Position numbers and translations under genes: made by a program. The notes beneath the pieces were generated by a model, which worked only from the letters and a program-made list of their open reading frames with translations, searched no databases and had not been told where the DNA came from. 64,000 nucleotides of DNA, taken from assembly GCA_051362555.1 (NCBI GenBank), contig CM120640.1:22492225-22556224 (forward strand). Direction: 5' to 3'. The stretch comes from Lingula anatina. Lineage: Eukaryota; Animalia; Brachiopoda. Shown here piece after piece: positions 1 through 12,187 of the stretch (within the stretch, counting starts at the first letter, position 1; every line of letters starts with the position of its first letter).

Positions 1-462
1 TCCTATAGGAATTATTGTAATGGTCTGAACATAAATTTTAAAAAATAATTTCAGCTTCAATGATTCCTAATGATAAAATATTTCTCCATAAAAGATTACT
101 TTACAAATGATCAATTTTTCAAGATTTCTTTAAAATAGAAATTAAAGAATATCTATAGAATCCTATAGATGACTATAAGATTGTGCATTATAAACAATAA
201 AAAGCATTTTTGCTTTAACAGTGATATATAATTGACAATTCCACTGATAAAATTGACCTATATCAAATATCTTTTGTTTAGAATTATATTTGTTCATAAG
301 ATATGTATTTTTCTCAAGATTTTAACTTACAACAATTTCCTATAGGATCCTATAGGAAATCCTATAGGAAAGGTGCCCTATAGGATCCTATAAGATTTCC
401 TATAGGATCCTATAGGATCCTATAGGAATCCTATAGGATCCTATAGGATATTTTCGTAAGGG
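1..462. mobile_element. End of a DNA transposon with palindromic TCCTATAGGA subterminal repeats (CMC/EnSpm-like, non-autonomous; other end outside the window)
   Basis: About 10 near-tandem (T)CCTATAGGA palindromes at 338-450, ending ...TTTTCGTAAGGG. CCC/GGG termini with subterminal repeats are typical of animal EnSpm-type elements; superfamily is inference. Confidence 0.5.
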
Positions 463-463
463 G

Positions 464-3453
464 AGGCTGGTTGCTAAAAGGAAAATGCCCAAGGTTGTTG
501 TATTTTGAAAAAAAATTAAAAAGGGTACTGTTGTTAGTGAATGTTTAATGCATCTTAGGCATTATGACAAAAGTAACTTACCCCAGACACACTGACCTCC
601 TTTTTTTATTGACATATTTTAATTTTTTCCAGCCTGACAATACATGTAATTCATATATTCAATGCAGCCTTCTCCCATATCTATAATAGAAAAAAAAACT
701 TGAGTAGTGTTAAGATATGCATGTCAAATTCATTTTCAATTTTGAGAGAATTTCTGTTTCAACACTACAAGATGAAATATTTAATTTCAAGTAATGAATA
801 AACCTTAATAGAGTTCTATTCTTTTGTAACCACCAAGGCAAAGCTTCTTTCTTAAAATGAACTGAAACATCCAAGCTTGCCACCTAACATGCCAAAGTAG
901 TGAAGTATAATTTAAGTAGAGAAGCAAGTACCCCTTAATTATAGAGGTATCTTACACAATAAGGTGTGTCTTACACACCTTGACTCAAAGAGAGATGTGT
1001 AGTGAGATAACAGGTAAAGTAATTGGTGGAGCCTAGGTGAACTTAAAACCTTAAGACTTTAAATTAAGAAGCACCAGGATTCATGTGTGTTCTTTTTTCA
1101 AAGGTTTAATATGAATTAAAACATATATATGTAAAAAGAAGACTAAATAAGTTAAAAATAACTATACCAAAGACACTGTGAAGTCAAACTTCCTGTTAGA
1201 CCGCCATGATGGAAAATGCTGGGTGGAGGCAAAATTTTCCAGTCAAAAAAACTGAGCACTTTACTTTAACAACAAAGTTACCACTCCAAAGCCACCCACC
1301 ATGGTGAGAAGAAAAATGATGACCAACTGTCATGATAAGTCTTCTTAGATTTAAACATGAAAAAGGTAAAGGCCAAAATGGTACATTTACCCATAACACT
1401 AGAGTAAAAAATTGGTATTCTGAACAAATCAGGTTATTTTTTTCAAGAAATATTGGAGCAGTATCCATGCAATATATACCACGCCACGACCAAGATGTTC
1501 AAGAATCTAAACACACCAAATTTTTTTTATAATCTTGCATTTGAAAAGTACAAAAAGCGGTAAGGCTTTTGGCCGTAACAAGCGTAACACTTTTTGATCG
1601 GAACTCATGAAAATTGTCAATTGTCGTATCCAAGCTAGACCACATGTTAAATCGCAAAAAAAAACAATACTGCTCAAGCAAGTGTGTTGCACACATAACA
1701 ATTAGTTAAATTTTATGACTGTCATGTGACACAAGTTTCAAAAAGTAGGAGGAAAATGTCTTTTGGAGTAATTTTTTTTCGAAATATTAACAAGATGGCG
1801 GCTTAAGCATCTGCTTGTTATTCGGCTACTGAAAGTGCACCTAAGTTTTATTCTTTGCTATTGCCACAAATTACTCAACAATTGCAACTGTATAAAGACC
1901 AAACTTTTTTCATCTGATACTATATTTATAGGCACTTGTTATGAGTGGGAATATTTTTCGTGCAATATTTATTCTCCACACACCACCTCGCGAGATCAAC
2001 GTGTAGCTGGACACTTACACAGTGAGACCCTACGACATAAAAGTTGCAATTTATCTTCATATTTCGTGTAGTAATGCATTTAAAAGCACTTACCTGTTTT
2101 TTGAAAACCTTGTCCAACGTAATATCATATAAATTCTGTATTTCTCTCATTTTTTAGAAACTTGGGACTCCGTTTCTGTTTCTGTCCTCAAAAATCAACA
2201 GACGAAGGCACAGATACTAACAAACGAGATTTAAACGAGAGTAGCAATTAAGCGTAACAGAGATAGGCATCCATTGTTCTCTGGGTTCTATTCATTCCGA
2301 CCAATGAGAGACCGTAATACGGGCTCCGCCCCCACGCGTGTAATCTCCTTCTGTTATAACTCCTTGATTGTACCAAGGCATGATTATAAAAGATTTTGGT
2401 GTGTTTAGATTCTTGAACATCTTGGTCGTGGCTTGGTATATATTGCATGAATATTGCTCCAATTTTTCTTGTAAAAAATAACCCGTTTTGTTCAGAATAC
2501 CAATTTTTTACTTCAGTGTTATGGGTAAATGGACCATTTTTGCCTGTACTGTTTTCGTGTTTAAAACTAAAAAAAACTTAACATGACATTTGGTCATCAT
2601 TTTTCTTCTCACCATGGTGGGTGGCTTTGGAGTGGTAACTTTGTTGTTAAAGTAAGGTGCTCAGTTATTTTGACTGGAAAAGTTTTGCCTCCACCCAGCA
2701 TTTTCCATCATGGCAATCTAACAGGAAGTTTGACTTCAAAGTGTCTTTGATATAGTTATTTTAAACTTATTTAGTCTTCTTTTTACATATATATGTTTTA
2801 ATTTATATTAAACCTTTGAAAAAAGAACACATATGAATCCTGGTGCTTTTTAATTTAAAGTCTTAAGGTTTTAAGTTCACCTAGGCTCCACCAATTACTT
2901 TACCTGTCGCTACACATCTCCCTTTGAGTCAAGGTGTGTAAGACACACCTTATTGTGTAAGACAACTCTATAATTAAGGGGTACTTGCTTCTCTACTGTA
3001 ATTATACTTTACTACTTTGGCATGTTAGGTGGCAAGCTTGGATGTTTCAGTTCATTTTATGAAAGAAGCTTTGCCTTGGTGGTTACAAAAGAATAGAACT
3101 CTAGTAAGGTTTATTCATTACTTGAGAGTAGATATTTCATCTTGCAGTGTTGAAACAAATTCTCTCAAAATTGATAATGAATTTGACATGCATATCTAAA
3201 CACTACTCAAGTTTATTTTCTTCTATTATAGATATGGGAGAAGGCTGCATTGAATATATGAATTAAGGTCGGGCTGGAAAACATTTAAAAAAATATCAAT
3301 GAAAAAAGGAGGTCAGTGTGTCTGGGATAAGTTACTTTTGTCATAATGCCCATGATGCATTAAACATTCACTAACAACAGTATGCTTTTTAAAATTTTTT
3401 CACCAATTTCAAAATACAACAACCTTGGGCATTTTCCTTTTAGCAACTGACCC
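464..3453. mobile_element. Foldback-type non-autonomous DNA transposon with ~1.07-kb inverted arms (possibly Kolobok-like)
   Basis: 470-1538 is the reverse complement of 2378-3447 (GTTGCTAAAAGGAAAATGCCCAAGG ... CCTTGGGCATTTTCCTTTTAGCAAC), with a ~840-bp spacer. The right end is CCC followed by TTAA; no left TSD is visible. Confidence 0.75.
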
Positions 3454-3738
3454 TTAAATCCCCTTTTTGTCCTGTCAGAAGAGTAGGAACCAGGGCGGAT
3501 TTAAATAATATCTTGTAATAAGTACAATTTCTTTCAATTTCTTGGGGTTATGAGCCTGTGATCATGAATCTTGATGTTCTATATAAATTTAGTTGTAAAT
3601 TGTTCATTTATGTGGTGAACATTATTTCAGTCAAGTCATAACAAGACACATTAAACTTCATAATTCCATAATGTCTACATGGATACTAGTACCTGTAGTT
3701 CATAATGCTATTATTATGTTTTTTTTTCTAACCTACAG

Positions 3739-3864
3739 GTTTCTCTTTTTTCTGAGTGGCATGGCATTGGCAAGGCAGAAGAAAAGGCCCTGAAGAAATT
3801 CTCACTTGGGTTGTCCTTTTTGGAGAAGAAACTGGATAAGACTGGCCAACAGAGACCGCATTAA
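3739..3864 (+). CDS. Candidate terminal coding exon of a gene starting left of the window (VSLFSEWHGIGKAEEKALKKFSLGLSFLEKKLDKTGQQRPH*)
   Basis: Strong acceptor tttttttctaacctacag followed by 42 open codons to TAA. No family recognised. Confidence 0.35.
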   Translation, partial: VSLFSEWHGIGKAEEKALKKFSLGLSFLEKKLDKTGQQRPH

Positions 3865-4651
3865 ATTAATAGTGCTCCTTCATGACATTTTAAAATATTT
3901 TCAGTCACCTAACTGACTCTATACATTTCAAAAGTGGACATAAATTTTATGTTACTGTCATGTGGAAAAAAATTCAAAACCTATATACAGTAGTAATAAT
4001 AATTATGTTTCCGTTGTACGACATTTTAAAAACGTCAGAAATGTTTTAATCCCTATCCTGTGAATAGAAGGGGGTGGACAAACAATGGAGAGCCGTCTAA
4101 TCCCTTCAAAATTCGAACGCAAAAACACAATAGTTTAGGCGTAATAACACACAATACCTTAGGCGAGTGAACCCCATGACGCCTGTTTCTGTGGGCCAGC
4201 GCGAGCGCGACAGTCCGCTGTAACTAGGTGTAATTAACAGCAGGATACATCAGCCAGAAGGTCCCCATTGTTTGTTGCGGCACAAGGATTAAGAGGCTAG
4301 AACCCATGCTAACACGTGCCACTCTCGTGGCGAACTATCCTTTTGTTCACTAGCTTGGCACGCGCAGCTGATCATGTTTTAAGTGTTGCAAGAAAACTGC
4401 TAGTTTAATTTAGTATCAGTTATTTAATTCAATATAAAGTGTTCCGTGGTCAAAAATTGAATTTGATAAACATGCATCAGCATCCTTCATAAGCATGATC
4501 AACAAATCACCCCGTCTCAAAAAGTTTAAAGATGCTCCGTACATAAATTTCCATCATCGCGACCTGTGTAAAAATAGATTACAGTTTAGAAATAGGCCAA
4601 ACAAAGAAAGAAACATTATTAAAACAATTTATTCAAGCTCAATTACTATAT

Positions 4652-5271
4652 TGTAACGATTTTACATAGCTTTAATTCATGGAAAAATTACTGCAGTAAG
4701 CTATAGCCTTTTGTTTACATTCGGCTAGTGTGTTGTTGAACTTTGAACCTTAAGTTGGAATGGCTTGTAAGTGGTATCAGTTTACTAAAGAGGGGATTGT
4801 GGTGTCCAGTAGAGGGGTTGGCGGTCAACCATTCAAGGCCGTCCACTTTTCCTCTGCCTGCCAGTCAAAGTAGCAGTGAACCATTCAAGGCCGTCCACTT
4901 TTGAAATGTATAAATGCAGCTGCTCTACGCAGTGTTGGCCAGTTAGAATATAGTGGCAGTACTCAGTTAGAGTATAGTGTCAGACTTAGTTTCACAACTT
5001 AGTTTGAGTCAGTTTGAGTCAGTCACAATATAGTTCCAGTTAGTTTATTGTAGTTGAGTTGCAGTTGTTTAAGTTAGAAGTACAGCAGTACAGCAAGATA
5101 ACCAGAGACAGTGTTCAGTAAAAGATACAGAAACATGTACATTTGTGTTGAGAATTGTGCTTAGAAATAAAGATTTACAAAACAGAAACCTGTTTTGTTG
5201 GTGGCAGCGATTCCGTTCCTTTAAAAGAACAAGAACCGTACACTGGTGGCAGAAAAGCGGAGACCTTTACA
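4652..5271 (+). repeat. 5' LTR (620 bp)
   Basis: TGTAACG...CCTTTACA; TATAAA 4909-4914; AATAAA ~5166; duplicated AACCATTCAAGGCCGTCCACTTTT motif in U3. Confidence 0.95.
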
Positions 5272-5272
5272 C

Positions 5273-5291
5273 TGGTGGCAAGCGCTGGGAT
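5273..5291 (+). other. Primer-binding site, tRNA-Leu type
   Basis: TGGTGGCAAGCGCTGGGAT, 1 nt after the LTR; resembles TGGTGGCAGCGGTGGGAT, the complement of the tRNA-Leu 3' end. Confidence 0.75.
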
Positions 5292-5343
5292 ACAGACTTT
5301 AACACGCCAAGAGAAAAGCTCAAAAAAAAAAGTGAAATTCAAA

Positions 5344-6243
5344 ATGCCTCCTAAAAAGGACAACAGATCTGACCAGGAGGAAGTGAGAAACCTGGAGGAA
5401 CAGTTAGAAGAAGCCTGCAGAGCTCTTGAAGCTGAAAAAGAAAATTCTACTCACAGAATACAAGTTGCTGTAGAAGAAGCAGAGGCAGAAAAAGAAAGAT
5501 TACTAAGAAATGCTAAAGAGAATGCTGACATCCTAGAGGCACGTGCTGAGGCTGCAGAACAGAGAGTCAGAGCCCTAGAGCGACAGAAAGAGACAGAAAT
5601 AGAACACAGAGCCCAGAATGAACGCATATCAGAAACAATAACCCCTACACTTACCCCATTTCACAGAATTAACGGCCAAAACCGATTTCAAGAAAAGCGT
5701 ACTACAAGCTCCTATCTATCAGAGCTAGAGAATAGAAAGCTTAGTTCAAGAGAGAAACTGCCAGAGTACATCTCCGATATTAGAAAGTTAGTGTTAAAAG
5801 GTTACCCGACGGCTGACTGCACCACACGTGAGACCATTGCATTGCGCCACTTCATAAAAGGGTTGCCAGACCATCAAGCCGCCGTGGCAGTGGGCATGAA
5901 AACGCCCAAAAATCTAGACGAAGCAAGGGAGGCCCTTGAAATGTATAACAGTCTAAGAGAAGAGGCAGTGAAAAGACCAAGTGTTAGGGCAGCAAATCCT
6001 GAGGCTGTTGTAACAGAAAGTCAGCTACACCAGCTTGAAAAGAAGTTTGACAAGAAGTTAGATGAAATTAAAGACTTGATAATGAAAGAGAAAGCAAAAG
6101 ACACGAAAAGTCCTCCACCACCCAAGTCAGAAAATTGGAAAAACAACGTAGAGTGTTTCAAGTGCCATAGATATGGGCATCTGGCAAGAGAATGCAAGGC
6201 ACCTGTGAAAGAGGCTCCGCATGTAAACAACCAGGGAAACTGA
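5344..6243 (+). CDS. gag: Gypsy Gag (coiled coil, partial capsid, CCHC zinc knuckle)
   Basis: MPPKKDN... start after the PBS; CFKCHRYGHLAREC knuckle; capsid C-half motif EYISDIRKLVLKGYP...FIKGL. Confidence 0.9.
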   Translation: MPPKKDNRSDQEEVRNLEEQLEEACRALEAEKENSTHRIQVAVEEAEAEKERLLRNAKENADILEARAEAAEQRVRALERQKETEIEHRAQNERISETITPTLTPFHRINGQNRFQEKRTTSSYLSELENRKLSSREKLPEYISDIRKLVLKGYPTADCTTRETIALRHFIKGLPDHQAAVAVGMKTPKNLDEAREALEMYNSLREEAVKRPSVRAANPEAVVTESQLHQLEKKFDKKLDEIKDLIMKEKAKDTKSPPPPKSENWKNNVECFKCHRYGHLARECKAPVKEAPHVNNQGN

Positions 6244-9200
6244 GAAGGGGCATTCCAGCCGGCCAGAATGAACCCCTAAAACCACCTGTTGACAGTGACA
6301 TTGAAACCGTCAGTTGTAGAAATGCTAGTGTTTCTTGGCCAGTGAAGATTCAGGGCCAAGAAGTGAACTTTATTGTAGACACTGGTGCGTCAAAAACAAT
6401 TATATCATCCCACATTTATGAACAAATTCCCCATGATTTTAGACCTGAACTGAAAAAGACTAATAGAAAACTGCAGTTGCAGGTTGCAGACAGTAGAAAC
6501 ATTGAAATTGAAGGCCATGTAGAAATAAGTTTTCAGTCTGGCGAAGAAATGTTTGTATGGGACATGCTTGTAGCAAAAATAAAGGACGATGGTTTGTTAG
6601 GAATGGACTTCCTGTGCCATCATGATTTTTCACTGGGTGTGAACGGACTGAAACTTAATGGGAAGAGAGTGCTCTGTTTGGTTGAGAGGGAACCAAAGCA
6701 TGCCTTTAGAGTGACAGTGACTAATGACGTTATTATTCCTGCAAACAGTGAGTTGATCATAGAAGGGACAGTCGATTCTAGCAAAATAAAATCAGGATTG
6801 GGACTGGTAGAGGAAATTCCAGAGAAGTCAAGTGATTTTCTGATCGGACATGTGTTAGTTGATCCTTTCAGAAGAGACAATAAAATACCTGTGAGACTCC
6901 TTAACCCTTCTAATGAAGACATTTCACTTTTGAAAGACACCTGCATTGCTCATTTACGTGAAGTAGACCATGTAATTGCTGAGAAACTTGAAGAAAGCCA
7001 TTCTGTACCCACCTTACGAGCAGACTTAACCCCTGGTAAACAAAATTCAGACTTAACCCTTCATAGCCCAGAATTGCCTGAGTACCTGGCTGACCTCTAT
7101 AAACAGTCAGGTGAGAATTTGACTGACTTTGAAAGATGTGAATTAAAGAAACTCCTGCAGAAGCACAGTGATGTTTTTGCCAAGTCTTCCAGTGACATGG
7201 GTCACACATCTGTCGTGAAGCATAAGATCGTCACTGGTGATGCAAGACCCATAAAACAGCAGCCCAGAAGACCCCCTAGAGCGTTTGCTGGAGAAGAAGA
7301 GAAAATAATTCAGGAACAGCTCCAAAATGGTGTTATTAGAGAGTCCACCTCACCTTGGTCATCTCCACTAGTTTATGTCAAGAAAAAGGGTGGAACAACA
7401 AGACCCTGTGTTGACTATAGACACTTAAATGATGTAACAGTGAAAGATGCTTACCCTCTTCCTCGATTAAATGACTGTTTAGACTCTCTTGGTGGTTCAA
7501 TTTTCTTCTCAATAGCTGATTGCCAGAGTGGGTATTATCAAATCGAGGTAGCAGAAGAAGATAAGCCAAAGACTGCATTTGTGACCAGAAATGGTTTATA
7601 CGAATACAATGTTATGCCTTTTGGTCTTTCCAATTCTCCTTCAACCTTCGAACGGTGCATGGAACTGATTTTACGTGGGTTGCAGTGGCAGACAGTGTTG
7701 ATTTACCTTGATGACATTATTGTGTTTGGTAAATCATTTGAAGAACACTATAAGAGACTTGACGAGGTTTTAAATCGTCTTGGGAAAGCAGGACTAAAAC
7801 TGAAACCAAGCAAATGCAGGTTGTTCCAGACTGAAGTTCAGTTTTTGGGACATGTAGTGACACAAGATGGCGTTAAACCAGATCCTGAGAAGGTAGAGTG
7901 TATAAAGAAATGGCCAGTTCCCAGGAATCTGACTGATATACGTAGTTTTCTAGGACTGTGCTCATATTATCGTAGATTTATTAGAGGATTTTCTACAAGA
8001 GCTGCTCCAATTAATCATCTGCTCCAGGCCGGCCAGGCGTTTACTTGGACGGACTCTTGTCAGACTGCATTTGAGGACCTCAAAAGTGCCCTTACAGGTA
8101 ATGAGGTAATGGCTTATCCGAGAGACGAATGACTGTATATTCTTGACACTGGTGCTTCAGCCACGGGCATTGGTGCCGTTTTATCTCAGTTACAGTGGTG
8201 TGAGAAGACCCAGAAAGAAATAGAGAAACCAGTCGCGTATGCAAGTAAGTCATTGACGAAAACTCAACGCCGTTACTGCGTGACTAGAAAAGAACTGCTT
8301 GCCGTTGTTACCTTTGTTCAACAATTCAGACACCATTTATTGGGTAGACAGTTTTTGGTACGAAGCAATCACAGTGCCCTCTGATGGGTTATGTCCTTTA
8401 AGGAGCCCAATGATCAGATGGCCAGATGGCTGGAAGTGCTATCACAGTATGATTTTAAAATAGAACACCGAGCAGGGGCCAGGCACGGTAACGCAGATGC
8501 AATATCGAGATTTCCATGCGACCCAGATGAGTGTTCATGCTATGATGGAGAGTCCATTTTAAGCAATTTGCCATGCGAGGGTTGCGTACAGTGTAAAAAG
8601 AAACATGAACAATGGTTCAGATATCTGGAAGAAGAAGTCGTCCCGTTAGTTATAAGAAGAACGACAGAAAACCAAAAGAAAGAACTAAAATCAGACAATG
8701 GAGTCTGCGGCAGTGGTCAAGCATCGGGAAACCAAGGAAAATGTCCAGTAAAACGTGTGTATACAGCAGCTTGTTCAGTTTTATTGACAGGCCTTTACAT
8801 CCTACTGACATTGTTCTTTGCAATCCTGAGCTGGGTGACCATGAAATTCAGGTGTATCTTTAAGGAAGTTAGAGCACTTTCTCTTCGAAGGATGAGAGTT
8901 TCCAAGAAAAAGGAAGTGCTGCCTAGAGAAAAGTTGACATTCAAGGATCAGGATTTTTCTCATGGTGATGAAGATACAGATCTCAGTGAATCCGAGAGTG
9001 ACAGAGATAGACTTCCAGCCGAGTGGCTGGGCAGTTACACTGTGAATGAATTGTTTAATTTGCAGCGTAAAGACCCCGAGTTGAAGACTGTGCTGGACTG
9101 GAAGGAACAGTCATCACAGAGACCAGAAAGAGATAAAGTGGCCGCAGAAAGTCCTGCAGTACGACAGTTATGGTTGCTTTGGGACCAACTCGTGCTGCAG

Positions 9201-10553
9201 GAGGGCATTTTATATAAAAGATGGGAAACTTTAGATAAGACAGGTTCCTTTTTACAGATATTGGTTCCGAGAGAGATGAGGAACGAGGTGATGAATGGCG
9301 TGCATGACAAAGTCACGTCAGGTCACCTTGGCGTCAAGAAAACAGTGAGCAAGTTGAAAAGACACTTCTACTGGTACAAGATGAAAGAAAGTGTAAGAGA
9401 TTACATAAGAAGATGTGCTATTTGTGGTGGGAGAAAAAGGCCACGGTCAAGACCCAAGGCTCCTTTGCTAAGATATGCTGTAGGCGCTCCCATGGACAGA
9501 GTGGCAACAGACATCTTAGGACCTTTTCCAGTCAGTGAAAGAGGCAATAAATATATTCTTTTAGCAATAGACCAGTTTTCCAAGTGGGTGGAGTGCTATG
9601 CCATCCCTGACATATCAGCTAAAACTGTAGCACAGAAACTAGTGACAGAGTTTTTCTCTAGATTTGGCCTACCCCTTGATCTCCATTCAGACCAAGGTAG
9701 CAACTATGAGTCACAGTTATTCAAACAAGTATGTCAAGTATTAGAAATAAATAAAACCCGAACATCCAGCTATCATCCCTCAGGAAATGGAATGGTGGAG
9801 AGATTCAATATTGTGTTATGTGACATGATATCAGCTTACGTGTCAGAAGATTGGGACATTCATTTGCCTTTATTGACTGCAGCATACAGGTGCTGTAAAC
9901 ATGAAAGCACTGGTTATTCCCCTAATTTGCTTATGTTAGGCAGAGAAGTTCACACAGCTTCAGAACTCATCTTTGGAAAACCACCAGAAGACCGATCTGT
10001 GACGTCTCCTTCAGAGTATGTCAAAATGTTGCAAGAGAAAATGACTAGAATTCATGAAATAGTGAGATTGCATTTGAAAAAGGACTTTCAAAGGCAGAAA
10101 AGAGACCATGACACCCGTATTTCGCAAAACAATTATAAAGTTGGTGACTTGGTGTACTTACTAGATAGCACTAGAACAGTGGGACTGAGCCCAAAGCTGA
10201 AACGTGATAAATGGCAAGGACCTTTTGTTGTTGTCAAAAAGCACAGTGATTTGTTGTTTGCAGTGAAAGGCAAGCCTAAGTGTAAAATGAAGATCGTGCA
10301 CCATGACCGTCTTAAGCCATTTTTAAGTGACCAAGTTCCAGATTGGGTGTCCAGTTTGCAGAAATGTTTACATAAAGTTAATTATGTAGAAGGTAGTCCA
10401 CTGAAACATGAAGAAAGTGCTATCAAACACAGGATGAAGCAGAGTGGCCTATCTAAACAAGTGCAAGTACCCAAGAACCAACCTGACAGTAATTTGAGAA
10501 ATGAGGGAAGACCACAAAGGAAAAGAAGACCTCCCAAGAGATTTGCTGATTGA
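6192..10553 (+). pseudogene. pol: Gypsy Pol (protease, RT, RNase H, integrase) with two in-frame stops
   Basis: FIVDTGAS protease; YLDD RT; RNase H region with TGA at 8130 and 8382; HHCC plus D-D-E integrase (TDILGP, HSDQG, MVERFN). ORFs 6192-8132 and 8391-10553 are in the same frame. Confidence 0.93.
6234..6277 (+). promoter_or_regulatory. -1 programmed ribosomal frameshift signal (gag-pol)
   Basis: Slippery heptamer G GGA AAC immediately before the gag TGA; pol is in the -1 frame; downstream stem AGGGGCATTC...GAATGAACCCCT at 6246-6277. Confidence 0.85.
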
Positions 10554-10784
10554 CTGTAACAGACTATGAACATTTAAAGTGACCATTATTATTAATCAGC
10601 CGATGAACTTTAAATGATTATCATTATTAATCCAATGTTGAACTTTAGAGTAATTTTATTAATCAAAGTGACACTGAACTTTTGAATGAACTTTATGAAC
10701 TGACTGAATTTTTATCTGTTTAAATGATTCAGAATATGTTTAGTTTTAACTTTAATGGGGCAGATCCCCGGTGGGATCAAATCT

Positions 10785-10796
10785 AGGGGGGGAGAG
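10785..10796 (+). other. Polypurine tract
   Basis: AGGGGGGGAGAG directly before the 3' LTR. Confidence 0.9.
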
Positions 10797-11408
10797 TGTA
10801 ACGATTTTACATAGCTTTAATTCATGGAAAAATTACTGCAGTAAGCTATAGCCTTTTGTTTACATTCGGCTAGTGTGTTGTTGAACTTTGAACCTTAAGT
10901 TGGAATGGCTTGTAAGTGGTATCAGTTTACTAAAGAGGGGATTGTGGTGTCCAGTAGAGGGGTTGGCGGTCAACCATTCAAGGCCGTCCACTTTTCCTCT
11001 GCCTGCCAGTCAAAGTAGCAGTGAACCATTCAAGGCCGTCCACTTTTGAAATGTATAAATACAGCTGCTCTACGCAGTGTTGGCCAGTTAGAATATAGTG
11101 GCAGTACTCAGTTAGAGTATAGTGTCAGACTTAGTTTCACAACTTAGTTTGAGTCAGTTTCACAATATAGTTCCAGTTAGTTTATTGTAGTTGAGTTGCA
11201 GTTGTTTTAGTTAGAAGTACAGCAGTACAGCAAGATAACCAGAGACAGTGTTCAGTAAAAGATACAGAAACATGTACATTTGTGTTGAGAATTGTGCTTA
11301 GAAATAAAGATTTACAAAACAGAAACCTGTTTTGTTGGTGGCAGCGATTCCGTTCCTTTAAAAGAACAAGAACCGTACACTGGTGGCAGAAAAGCGGAGA
11401 CCTTTACA
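10797..11408 (+). repeat. 3' LTR (612 bp)
   Basis: Matches the 5' LTR except an 8-bp indel in the AGTTTGAGTC repeat and about 2 substitutions seen by eye. Confidence 0.95.
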
Positions 11409-11960
11409 ATATTAAGTCACATTTTATATAAAATAAAAGAGCGAATCTGTAAAACGATAAATAATAGAACGTCTTAATAAATAAATAAATAAAGATTTTA
11501 AAGAATTAAGTAAAAAATTAGATGACATTAAGAATCAAATAAAAAATAGATAAAAAATAGATGGTATAAATCATTAAATGAAATATAAATTATTTTAAAT
11601 ACTTCAATAAATAAATGATGATTTTATAATTAAATGAATAAATCGCTGTGAATAAATAATCATTATCGCAGCTAACGCGGTGAGTGTCTACCCATTATCA
11701 GGGCCACAGATAGATTTTCACTAGTTACCAGTATAGACAGATATGTATCTGGTTATTTGATGGGACTTTTTTGCAAGCGCGTTAGGGGAACGTGCACATA
11801 AACTAACTACTTTTAAGATAATAGTGAGTGTCCTATCATTTGAAAGCCAACAAAATGTTTCATTCCACATTAGAGAAATTAGCCTCGTAATTACATTTGT
11901 AATTTTATAACCGGGTGTATGTAACTTTTCGCTGTTCAGTAACATTTATAAAGGAAAGTT

Positions 11961-12187
11961 ACACCCCATTTCCATAGATTTTTAGATCGATCTATCCCTG
12001 TGGGGAGTCTCACTAGATTACTGTCAGCTTGGTCGGCTTAAGAGTCTGTCCCGTCTACTTAAAGCTGTAAGGGGGTAATTAACTATGGTGCCCGCTCGGC
12101 TGACTGCAATTTAGAGTGAACCCCCAGGGAGTTACGTCGATCTAAAACTTTATCTTTAGATCGATCTAAATCTCTGGGAAAGCACCC
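11961..12187. mobile_element. MITE family A (PIF/Harbinger-like), copy 1
   Basis: CCCCATTTCCATAGAT...ATCTCTGGGAAAGCACCC termini; internal sequence shared with the copies at 25411, 31731 and 52820. Confidence 0.7.

Larger units (their letters stand above)
4652..11408 (+). mobile_element. Full-length Ty3/Gypsy LTR retrotransposon (defective copy)
   Basis: TG...CA LTRs, ATAT target-site duplication (4648-4651, 11409-11412), PBS, PPT, gag with CCHC knuckle, pol order PR-RT-RH-IN. Confidence 0.97.

Noticed and set aside
5155-5343. N-terminal extension of Gag (and ORF 11292-11477)
   Set aside because: Non-ATG start inside the LTR and PBS; the likely start is ATG 5344.
10554-10796. env-like third ORF in the Gypsy element
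   Set aside because: Only ~240 bp of AT-rich non-coding sequence lies between the pol stop and the PPT.
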